Virus record (IMG/VR): IMGVR_UViG_3300027819_000042
Location: 1 to 32,360 of that record
Length of the DNA: 32,360 bases
Direction: 5' to 3' (one strand)
DNA from: a virus
Lineage: Duplodnaviria > Caudoviricetes
Under the pieces are notes generated by a model. The model searched no databases and was not told where the DNA came from. It worked only from the letters and a program-made list of their open reading frames with translations. Made by a program: the position numbers and the translations under genes. How positions within the stretch are numbered: position 1 is the first letter of the stretch; each line of letters begins with the position of its first letter. This document shows, one piece after another, positions 7,980-15,006 of this stretch.

Positions 7980-8104
7980 CTTTCACCTGAATATAAAAGA
8001 CCGCCAGAGTTAGATTTCATTTGAACTTGGAAGAGGAAATGGGGAATCGCTCTGGCGGCTTTAGTGTCAAGGATTTTTCCTGATTCCAAGTTCATAACAT
8101 TTTT
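7976..8104 (-). promoter_or_regulatory. Structured 5' leader 1 (A-B-A'-B' pairings plus 39-codon uORF 8095..7976)
   Basis: 8076-8094 complementary to 8022-8039; 8050-8062 complementary to 7996-8009, followed by a U-rich run; uORF stop overlaps the HNH ATG. Confidence 0.75.
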
Positions 8105-8133
8105 AATATACCACATGGCTTTCTAAAAGTCAA
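8105..8133 (-). promoter_or_regulatory. sigma70-type promoter
   Basis: TTGACT-17-TATATT with TGTG extension. Confidence 0.8.
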
Positions 8134-8369
8134 TCCCCTTCACTAAAATTATGGCTTAATTTTTTAATAGCCGCTTTCTGCTCGGCACAAGTCATGTCCC
8201 ACGCACACGGATTGCAATATATCTTCCCGTCCACTTCCAGCCTACCGCGCACACCGCAGACCTGACAGGTTGTGGCGGGTGATACATGGCGCACGATGCA
8301 ATCGCCTTCGTGGACGAAGCTGTGGGGTAATGGTATTCCGTGTAAAATACGATTTATCACTTGTTCCAT
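8130..8369 (-). CDS. Small Zn-finger protein
   Basis: CQVCG...YCNPCA. Confidence 0.6.
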   Translation of the reverse strand: MEQVINRILHGIPLPHSFVHEGDCIVRHVSPATTCQVCGVRGRLEVDGKIYCNPCAWDMTCAEQKAAIKKLSHNFSEGD

Positions 8370-8902
8370 TTTGTGCCCCCTGCCTTAATAAGCGGTAAAT
8401 CAATATCACTTTTCTTCTGTCGCATAGGTTCTTTCTGTCGTAACATGGCAAGAGATTCCTTGTAATCCACGTTAAAAAGTTCCTGTACGAGTTTTATAAT
8501 CCCGCCTTTTGCACCACAGCCGAAACAATGAAAAACCTGTTTCGCTGGATTCACATAGAAACTCGCAGTTTTTTCTTTCCGGATAGGACATAACCCGCGC
8601 AATTCGCCATTGCTTGACGCCTTTAATTCTGTATGCTTCGCCGCAAAGTCTTCAATGCGCCAAAGTTTAGTAACATCATCCGCCCATGTCTTTTGTAAAT
8701 TTCCGGGTTGCGATAAGTATTTTAGTTTATCCATCACCTTATCAAGCTCTTTGTTTGACACAGCAAGAAAGTGTTTTACTGTCGGCACAAGGCTTGTTTT
8801 CTTTTCGTCCGTGCTATTCTTATACCTCGCAAGGTCATCTTCCAAAAAATCAATACGTGTCTGCCATGCGTTCATATCATCTAAAATCTGTCCGATGCTC
8901 AT
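8357..8902 (-). CDS. Stand-alone CHC2 (DnaG-type) zinc-binding-domain protein, no TOPRIM domain
   Basis: GLCPIRKEKTASFYV...FHCFGCGAKGGIIKLVQEL...YKESL--L. Confidence 0.85.
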   Translation of the reverse strand: MSIGQILDDMNAWQTRIDFLEDDLARYKNSTDEKKTSLVPTVKHFLAVSNKELDKVMDKLKYLSQPGNLQKTWADDVTKLWRIEDFAAKHTELKASSNGELRGLCPIRKEKTASFYVNPAKQVFHCFGCGAKGGIIKLVQELFNVDYKESLAMLRQKEPMRQKKSDIDLPLIKAGGTKWNK

Positions 8903-8903
8903 T

Positions 8904-9095
8904 TTACCATCCTTTTATGGCGCTCTGTAATTTTTCAATTATCTCATCCTGCTCTTTTTTATCTTGACATTCAAATAAAAATTCACAACCAGAAACAACA
9001 AGAACAACAGGATTATGTCCCCTTCTCCAATTACCACGCATAAAACCATCAATCTTTAAAGGATTTATTTCTGCATCGCATTTACCTAACTTCAC
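8904..9095 (-). CDS. Hypothetical protein
   Basis: ORF track; GTG start coupled to the helicase stop. Confidence 0.6.
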   Translation of the reverse strand: MKLGKCDAEINPLKIDGFMRGNWRRGHNPVVLVVSGCEFLFECQDKKEQDEIIEKLQSAIKGW

Positions 9096-9916
9096 TTAAT
9101 CACCCCCTCATTATTTATTTCTCTTTCAAAAATCTTACCGGTATTCAAATTAAAAATACATTCAAATCTACTACCGCTATTCCCATATCGCGCTTTCTCA
9201 ATTTTAACATTTAAGATTTTTTTCTTTGTTTCATCATCATGGTCGCGGGTTAAAGCAATGACATTATCAGCATTTTGTTTTATAGCAGACGAACCTTTTA
9301 ATGTGCCTGAATAGGAATACTGCGATAATGCAACAACACATTTATTTTGCGATTTTGCAAGCGTTTTAAGATTAAAAGATTCCGTTTGTGTGCCTGAAAC
9401 AAAATCAACGCCCTTGCATAACTCGGAGTCCTGCAAATAATCTACAAAAATAACATCAAATTTCACATCGCCTTGCGTTACCATCGCGTCAATATCATCT
9501 ACTGTGTAATTTTGTGCGTGAAGATAAAATGGTAATCGTGAAAGTTTAGTGCTTGTTTCATATCCGTGCGCGTGCTGTGTTTCTGTCAAATACTTTGGAT
9601 GCCGCAATGTGTAATAATCAATACCTGACTTCATGGAAAGTATTCGTTCGGTGCATCGTAATTCACTCATTTCTGATATAACATAAAGCACTGTTCCACC
9701 TTGTTTACACACTGAAAATGCAAGGTTTAATGCAAGCGTGGTTTTCCCGATGCCACTTTCTGCCGCAATAATCCAATAATCGCCACCACAAAAGCCGTCG
9801 GTCTCGCGGTCAAGACGTGGGAGTCCGGTAGAGAAGCCGTTTAAGTCCTTGCCGGATGCCTTTCGTTTGTCTGTTTCTTCCCAAAAATTAAGCAAGCAAT
9901 CTAATATAGACCTCAT
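9092..9916 (-). CDS. dnaB: DnaB-like (SF4) helicase, RecA-like C-terminal domain only
   Basis: STGLPRLD, Walker A AAESGIGKTT, ISEMS, IFVDYLQ, ALSQ, KGSSAIKQNAD, KARYG. Confidence 0.88.
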   Translation of the reverse strand: MRSILDCLLNFWEETDKRKASGKDLNGFSTGLPRLDRETDGFCGGDYWIIAAESGIGKTTLALNLAFSVCKQGGTVLYVISEMSELRCTERILSMKSGIDYYTLRHPKYLTETQHAHGYETSTKLSRLPFYLHAQNYTVDDIDAMVTQGDVKFDVIFVDYLQDSELCKGVDFVSGTQTESFNLKTLAKSQNKCVVALSQYSYSGTLKGSSAIKQNADNVIALTRDHDDETKKKILNVKIEKARYGNSGSRFECIFNLNTGKIFEREINNEGVIK

Positions 9917-10698
9917 CCTGCTAACTCCATTTCTTTTTCTGATAATGGTACGAAGGGTTTAAGGATATTCTTTTGTTTGTTTTCCTGTATCCCGCGTGTC
10001 CCGCCTTTATCCTGCGTCCGTGTCAACCAACCAGATATAAACCTTTTGTAATTGCTTTTCCTTTTCTTCGGGTTCGCCACGAGCCACGCCGCCATCTGCT
10101 TAAGTTCAAGGTCAATGTTACAAGCTGGATATGCTTCACTCCAGAGTTTTTTATCGCTGTCTAAAATATCCAGCCATGATGAGGCAACGAAATCAAAAGT
10201 GATTTTCTTTTGGTTCGGTGCATAAGTATTTATGCTTTGCTTTGCTTTGCTTTGCTTTACTATACCGGTTTCAGCTACAGGATGCTCCAGAAACTCTCCA
10301 GAAACCCCTGTTTCTGTGGCAGAAACTATACTTTCTCTTAGTTTCTGTAGAGAAAACCCTCTTTTGGAGAAAACAGCTTTCATGCGATTATCAAGCTGTG
10401 AACACCTTAAAACACTTTTTTTTACTTGCATAAGGTTCAATCCGGCTTGAGTAAAATAGCTTATCATATCCTTTAAGCGGTCAATTTGAATGGCAAAATC
10501 AGCCGCTATAAGGTCATAATTTATGTCCGTCAATGGAATTTGCAGAAGGTCTTCCTCTGCAAGCGTTTCAAGAAGCATATTATAAATTGCATAACCTTCA
10601 ATACCATACCGCATCCGGACGGCTTTCAGCTTTCTGTCGTTCCGCATCCCGTTATCATGCGGGAAATAGTCAACGTTGTTTTTTCGTGGTCTTGCCAT
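9913..10698 (-). CDS. Replication initiator / replisome organiser (DUF4373-like N-terminus)
   Basis: MARPRKNNVDYFPHD...YGIEGYAIY--LLE; directly upstream of the helicase; internal iterons. Confidence 0.82.
   Translation of the reverse strand: MARPRKNNVDYFPHDNGMRNDRKLKAVRMRYGIEGYAIYNMLLETLAEEDLLQIPLTDINYDLIAADFAIQIDRLKDMISYFTQAGLNLMQVKKSVLRCSQLDNRMKAVFSKRGFSLQKLRESIVSATETGVSGEFLEHPVAETGIVKQSKAKQSINTYAPNQKKITFDFVASSWLDILDSDKKLWSEAYPACNIDLELKQMAAWLVANPKKRKSNYKRFISGWLTRTQDKGGTRGIQENKQKNILKPFVPLSEKEMELAG
10233..10357. repeat. Putative replication origin iterons inside the initiator gene
   Basis: (TGCTT)x5 at 10233-10257; CTCCAGAAAC twice (10285, 10296); palindrome GTTTCTG-TGG-CAGAAAC 10310-10326 with a variant at 10341-10357. 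Confidence 0.65.
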
Positions 10699-10834
10699 TT
10701 AAGTTTGTCCTGTGGAATAAAAAGGGGCAGGCTAAATGTAGTATGAGCCGCACGGGATACGTGAAGTTCCATTTTCGCCTGCCCTGCTTATTTTCTATGG
10801 GATTTTTTATCCCGTCCGTACTCATACTAAAATC
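10670..10834 (-). promoter_or_regulatory. Structured 5' leader 2 (A-B-A'-B' pairings plus 51-codon uORF 10825..10670)
   Basis: 10808-10829 complementary to 10739-10759; 10770-10785 complementary to 10725-10738, followed by a U run; uORF overlaps the initiator start. Confidence 0.75.
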
Positions 10835-10863
10835 ACCATAGCACACTTTTCAATCCGTGTCAA
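10835..10863 (-). promoter_or_regulatory. sigma70-type promoter
   Basis: TTGACA-17-TATGGT with TGTG extension. Confidence 0.8.
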
Positions 10864-10878
10864 GTATCTCCACAAAAT

Positions 10879-11010
10879 TCACTTCGGCACATCATAAAAA
10901 TCATCATCCCACGAATCGTCATCACTGAAGAAAATGTCCCGCACACTCACCGCGAACGCATAGAGAATGAACACAAAAAAGGCATAGATGAGCAGGGTGA
11001 GGAGTATCAT
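10879..11010 (-). CDS. 43-aa single-pass membrane peptide with acidic tail; absent from the ORF track
   Basis: MILLTLLIYAFFVFILYAFAVSVRDIFFSDDDSWDDDFYDVPK; SD GGGGTGA; ATGA coupling. Confidence 0.7.
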   Translation of the reverse strand: MILLTLLIYAFFVFILYAFAVSVRDIFFSDDDSWDDDFYDVPK

Positions 11011-11372
11011 AGTTTCACCCCATTTTTAAGTTTTTGTAATTCCTCCCACTCTGCTTTTTCCGCTAATTCCACATCCGCTATCGCTTTATCGCAATCGTCT
11101 TCTGCGGCTCTTACTGCCAAGTTTGCAAGCCTTCGTGCGTTGTGAGCCCGGATATATGCCGCCCGCGCATCACGCGCCCGCTCATACGCTATATCATAGT
11201 CAGTCATTTTATTCCCTGGCAGCTCTTTGTGTAGTTCTTTTACCACATCCCGCCCAGCTTGCGTACTCTGTAACCACACAATTACACTTGCGGCGCACGG
11301 TTCCACATGATTTTTTATCGCCCATTCGTCAAATTCATTTTCAAATTTCAATCTATCGGAAAATAAAATCAT
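11007..11372 (-). CDS. Hypothetical protein with Ala-rich coiled-coil C-terminus
   Basis: ORF track; SD GAGGTGA. Confidence 0.7.
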   Translation of the reverse strand: MILFSDRLKFENEFDEWAIKNHVEPCAASVIVWLQSTQAGRDVVKELHKELPGNKMTDYDIAYERARDARAAYIRAHNARRLANLAVRAAEDDCDKAIADVELAEKAEWEELQKLKNGVKL

Positions 11373-11545
11373 GCTTTCACCTCTTTTCGTTTAATCCATA
11401 TCCGCGCATAAGTTTTTCCGTTTTCATATCCCGCATAACGTACAACAACGCTTAGAAATTCACCCGTTTCACGTAATTCTTTAGCACGTTTAAGGCAGAA
11501 ACTTTTTTCATAGTCTTCGCTTGTGTAAGGTTTAAATCTATTCAT
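11369..11545 (-). CDS. Hypothetical protein
   Basis: Start moved to ATG 11545 (MNRFKPY...). Confidence 0.65.
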   Translation of the reverse strand: MNRFKPYTSEDYEKSFCLKRAKELRETGEFLSVVVRYAGYENGKTYARIWIKRKEVKA

Positions 11546-11706
11546 GCTTTCACCTTCCTTCTCATCATCCACTGCATCACCGCTTCACGGATCAACTGCG
11601 TCATGTGCATCCCCCGCGCCCGCGCCTCTGCCCTAAGCGCCGCGTGCTGTTCCGTCGTGATAGGCAGGTTGACGTGTACCCATTCACCTGATTCAGAGTT
11701 TTTCAT
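11542..11706 (-). CDS. Ribbon-helix-helix (CopG/Arc-like) DNA-binding protein; absent from the ORF track
   Basis: WVHVNLPITTEQHAALRAEARARGMHMTQLIREAVMQWM; SD AAGGAG. Confidence 0.75.
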   Translation of the reverse strand: MKNSESGEWVHVNLPITTEQHAALRAEARARGMHMTQLIREAVMQWMMRRKVKA

Positions 11707-11839
11707 TTTGTTCTCCTTTTTCTTCCTTTTCCATTTCCGCTAATTTTTCTTGAGCGGAAGATATTAAGCATCTAAGGTCAGACTTTTTGCAATTCTGAAA
11801 AAACATCCATACTTCAAGCCACCGTTTTTCTGTCATCAT
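11693..11839 (-). CDS. 48-aa hypothetical protein; absent from the ORF track
   Basis: MMTEKRWLEVWMFF...; SD AAGGAG; fills the gap. Confidence 0.55.
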   Translation of the reverse strand: MMTEKRWLEVWMFFQNCKKSDLRCLISSAQEKLAEMEKEEKGEQNEKL

Positions 11840-12005
11840 TTTGCATCTCCTTTACTTTTTTAATCTTCCGACCCATCTTCACCCGCCGCCCTTCCGCCCC
11901 ATGTGTCCGGCACACATACGCCCGCCATTCTCGCAAACTTAATACTTTTGTACGCCGCATTTCAGCAGAGGGCTTCATCGCGCCGCATTTATGGCAGTAG
12001 GGCAT
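11814..12005 (-). CDS. Small Zn-finger protein
   Basis: YCHKCG...VCRTH. Confidence 0.6.
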   Translation of the reverse strand: MPYCHKCGAMKPSAEMRRTKVLSLREWRAYVCRTHGAEGRRVKMGRKIKKVKEMQNDDRKTVA

Positions 12006-12183
12006 TATTCACCTCTGTTTCATTGTGTATTTTAATTACGGAATCAAGCCACCCGCCGCCTGCCACTGTTTTATAACATCTCCCGCAAACATAATTAAAC
12101 GCTTGCGTGTACCGCGTAACATCATATCCCCTTGATATTTTCCGCCCGCACTTATCGCAAGGGTGAAGTGAGTATTTTGCCAT
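11989..12183 (-). CDS. Small Zn-finger protein
   Basis: CDKCGR...VCGRCY. Confidence 0.65.
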   Translation of the reverse strand: MAKYSLHPCDKCGRKISRGYDVTRYTQAFNYVCGRCYKTVAGGGWLDSVIKIHNETEVNNALLP

Positions 12184-12347
12184 TATTCACCTGCCTTTTG
12201 CTTTAGATAGTTTTCAATTATCCCATAAGCCCACTTTGAAAGTCTCTCGCCAAAAATCTCTTTTCCGTTTTCATCATATCCAACAATCATAGCTTCAAGT
12301 CCACTTTCTTTATATTGTTCGTATGCCGTTTCCATTGTATATTTCAT
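12183..12347 (-). CDS. 54-aa hypothetical protein; absent from the ORF track
   Basis: MKYTMETAYEQYKESGLEAM...QKAGE; TAATG coupling at both ends. Confidence 0.7.
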   Translation of the reverse strand: MKYTMETAYEQYKESGLEAMIVGYDENGKEIFGERLSKWAYGIIENYLKQKAGE

Positions 12348-12613
12348 TATTCGCCTGCCTTTGCATGTTTCCGCCGCGTCAATTCATTGTCCACCGCCGC
12401 AAACATATCAGCAGGAAGAGAAAGCCGCTGGTTCAGGGATAGTTTACAAGCGCTGTCAATTTTTCTTTTATAAAAACCATTTTGGCAGTCTTTGCACTTC
12501 ATGCCATTGTAAATAGTTTCTAAAATGTTTTCCCTTACATAGTGCTTCGCGTGTTCATTGCACACAGGAAACACGATTCCCGTTGTGCTGTTCCTGTAGA
12601 TTTTTTGTTTCAT
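12347..12613 (-). CDS. Hypothetical protein with C--H...C--C motif
   Basis: Start moved to ATG 12613 (MKQKIYRN). Confidence 0.6.
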   Translation of the reverse strand: MKQKIYRNSTTGIVFPVCNEHAKHYVRENILETIYNGMKCKDCQNGFYKRKIDSACKLSLNQRLSLPADMFAAVDNELTRRKHAKAGE

Positions 12614-12666
12614 CTTCTTTTCCTTTCCTGCGCGTTGATAAAGTATGCGCGCCCCACTGATTTTGA

Positions 12667-13005
12667 TTATTCTTTTGTGTCCGTGATGATGTAAAGCCCT
12701 TCTGATTTGTATTCCACTGTCAACCCGATGCCCGCCGCTATTCGTTCCATACTTGAAAATCCACAAGCGCCGTCAAGATAGATTTTACCTTTATGCGGTT
12801 TAAACCCGCCCGCGTTTTCTACTGTCAAGCGGTCTTGATAATGTTCAGTTAAGTATTCACCAAACGCTGCGCCCTGCATGTCGTACCCGCCGCCGCATTG
12901 ACGCGCAACTTTTTTGCCGTCAATGTACAGGGAACAGATATTCCATCCGCTTGTGTTGCGTCCGCGTGATTCCGTCCACTTAAACTGCATAACTTGTGCT
13001 TTCAT
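12667..13005 (-). CDS. Conserved-looking early phage protein
   Basis: CGGGYDMQGAAFG...YLDGACGFSSM; SD AAGGTGA. Confidence 0.75.
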   Translation of the reverse strand: MKAQVMQFKWTESRGRNTSGWNICSLYIDGKKVARQCGGGYDMQGAAFGEYLTEHYQDRLTVENAGGFKPHKGKIYLDGACGFSSMERIAAGIGLTVEYKSEGLYIITDTKE

Positions 13006-13100
13006 CTTTCACCTTTTACTTTCCGTCGCCTGTGTTGCTGTCAGGTCTTATACGGTCTATGTCCCCGGAACGCCTATCACAGCGCGCCGGGGATGTGATG

Positions 13101-13277
13101 TTATGCCCTTTTGCATGTATCACAGCTTAACCCATGTTTTGCAAGGCATTTATTGCAATGGAAAAGGAATGTCCCTTTTTCAATAAAACTGTTTACGGTT
13201 TTAAGCCAGTTCTTTAGAGTGTATTCACTTTCAAGCTTTTTACATTTCGGGTTTTGGCATCGTTTCGCGTTGTTCAT
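13101..13277 (-). CDS. Small Cys-rich protein, first gene of the leftward early transcript
   Basis: Start ATG 13277 with SD GGAGGAGG; CQNPKC...CNKC...CDTC. Confidence 0.6.
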   Translation of the reverse strand: MNNAKRCQNPKCKKLESEYTLKNWLKTVNSFIEKGTFLFHCNKCLAKHGLSCDTCKRA

Positions 13278-13314
13278 GTTTTGCCTCCTCCAAGTTTTAT
13301 TTGCTTCCATAGTC

Positions 13315-13343
13315 AATATAGCACAGTGTCAAGAGTATGTCAA
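13315..13343 (-). promoter_or_regulatory. Probable main leftward early promoter
   Basis: TTGACA-17-TATATT with TGTG extension; a second TTGACA nested in the spacer. Confidence 0.8.
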
Positions 13344-13454
13344 GTGGGTAATAGCAAAATAATGGTATAATTTTATCTAATTGAATATGATGTTCAATGG
13401 AAACACAAGATGTTGGGGTATGATGGATGAAGCACACTATTAGCGGGACTCTTT

Positions 13455-13715
13455 TTACTTTATCGGCATAAAGGGTTTTACAGGCTTTTCTGGTTGTTCA
13501 CCACGCGCGAGGGCTTCGCATTCTCTATGCCAATCGTTACTCTCACGGATGAGGTAGTGATAACGTACATCAACGTAACTCAAGAGCCGGAGAGCCTGCC
13601 GGATGATGTCGGCGTTGGATGTAATGCCCGTGTCATGCTTAACACGTTGGACAAGTGTGTGGATGTCGGCGCTAAGTGAATAATGATGTTGAGGTTGCTT
13701 GATGCGCCTGTCCAT
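13455..13715 (-). CDS. Probable RHH-type regulator, near-leaderless
   Basis: HHYSLSADIHTLVQRVKHDTGITSNADIIRQALRLL; upstream TTGACT-18-TAAGTT (13724-13753) ends 8 nt before the ATG. Confidence 0.6.
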   Translation of the reverse strand: MDRRIKQPQHHYSLSADIHTLVQRVKHDTGITSNADIIRQALRLLSYVDVRYHYLIRESNDWHRECEALARGEQPEKPVKPFMPIK

Positions 13716-14924
13716 AACTTTGAAACTTACAGGATAAGACGAAGAGAAGTCAAATGTTTAAGTCAACCTCCCATATCCCCTTCTAAACTGTTTTCCCCTC
13801 CCACCACGATGCCCGCCACTGCACGCCGTACAACCACTTGATACGATACCTTGCCACTTTTCACACACACATCACACAACATCCATTTACTATCGTACTA
13901 AATTCATTCACTATAGTAATGTCGCATAATAACCATGATGTAAACTCGCATGATGCTTTCATTTAATACAATGTTTGTCTTGTTTGTGATGCGCGTTTAA
14001 TAATGATGTGCGTTTGCGGGTATCAGTCGCGCCAAACGCCTGCCTGCCAGCCACCCCCATATATGGTTACCTCCCCCATATCCTCACACATTATGTTTCC
14101 CTCATCCCATCTTGGTATCACTCACTTAGAACACATTACAGCGCACCACGTTTACCCACACGGGGGGAAATGGAATGTTTAGGGACACATAACCCCATAG
14201 CGTTGGTATGGCATGGGGTGGGAGAGCCTATTGTGGTAAATTACTACTTATACCTCGCTCCTACTATCAAAGCCATGTGAAGGGGCAAATTATACCCCCC
14301 TGACAAAAAATTCAACCATAATTTTAACCATACCCGATATTATGATACTTATTAAACGAACACCCCTCTCCTGCCGCACCAGAGCGGAAGATTGCTTTTT
14401 CTTTTCTGTTACTTAAAACCGCATGTAACTTCTGTGCGAGTCCAGCACACCACGTAGTTCAAAGGATGATGATGGAACATTAGAAAGGTTGTTTCTTTAA
14501 TGAATGTTTAAAGAACGCCATTCTCATAAGGTATTTAATTATTCCCCCCCACCGTTTCACTCATAATGATATTATGATTTCTTCCATGTGAACTAACACG
14601 TCATCAAAGCATCAAACGATTAGCATTGATAGTTTTATAGATTGGCATGACTTAAAATGCCCGCAGAGGATTACGGAGTGCTCATCGCATGTTCAGGTTG
14701 GCTTAAGATGGGATGATAAAGATGCTCTCGGTTTTCTCTGCCTTCCCCCAGAGGATGCGGTGTTTTGCACCAATAGGGGATGTTCCGCGTTTAGCGCGTA
14801 ACGGTACGGGCACTGGTTCTCCCCGCAGAACTGTTATCAGAATACGACGATACGGCAAGTATGTACACTTGCAATAAAGGTGGTTGATTTGCTGGAACGA
14901 TTAGTGGGGTTCAGAGCAAGCCAC

Positions 14925-14953
14925 TTGACAGAAGACCCTTCTTCTGCTATACT
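14925..14953 (+). promoter_or_regulatory. Rightward promoter facing the late region
   Basis: TTGACA-17-TATACT with TG extension; spacer palindrome AGAAGA-CCCT-TCTTCT. Confidence 0.82.
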
Positions 14954-14977
14954 GACAATTGTTGCGTTCATGTGCTA

Positions 14978-15006
14978 ACCATAGCACATCTTTAGCCGCC
15001 TGTCAA
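14978..15006 (-). promoter_or_regulatory. Leftward promoter, face-to-face with 14925..14953
   Basis: TTGACA-17-TATGGT with TGTG extension; -10 lies in the palindrome ATGTGCTA-ACCA-TAGCACAT (14970-14989). Confidence 0.75.

Noticed and set aside
8065-8070. Extra TTGACA inside leader 1 as a second promoter
   Set aside because: No acceptable -10 at 16-18 nt spacing.
13023-13096. Hammerhead or other self-cleaving ribozyme
   Set aside because: No CUGANGA/GAAA core on either strand.
20-13679. Plus-strand ORFs in the left arm (and minus-strand ORFs in the right arm)
   Set aside because: Antisense shadows of well-supported genes, lacking RBS or recognisable motifs.
14008-14280. 90-aa plus-strand ORF in the switch region
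   Set aside because: No SD, atypical composition, inside a low-complexity non-coding tract.
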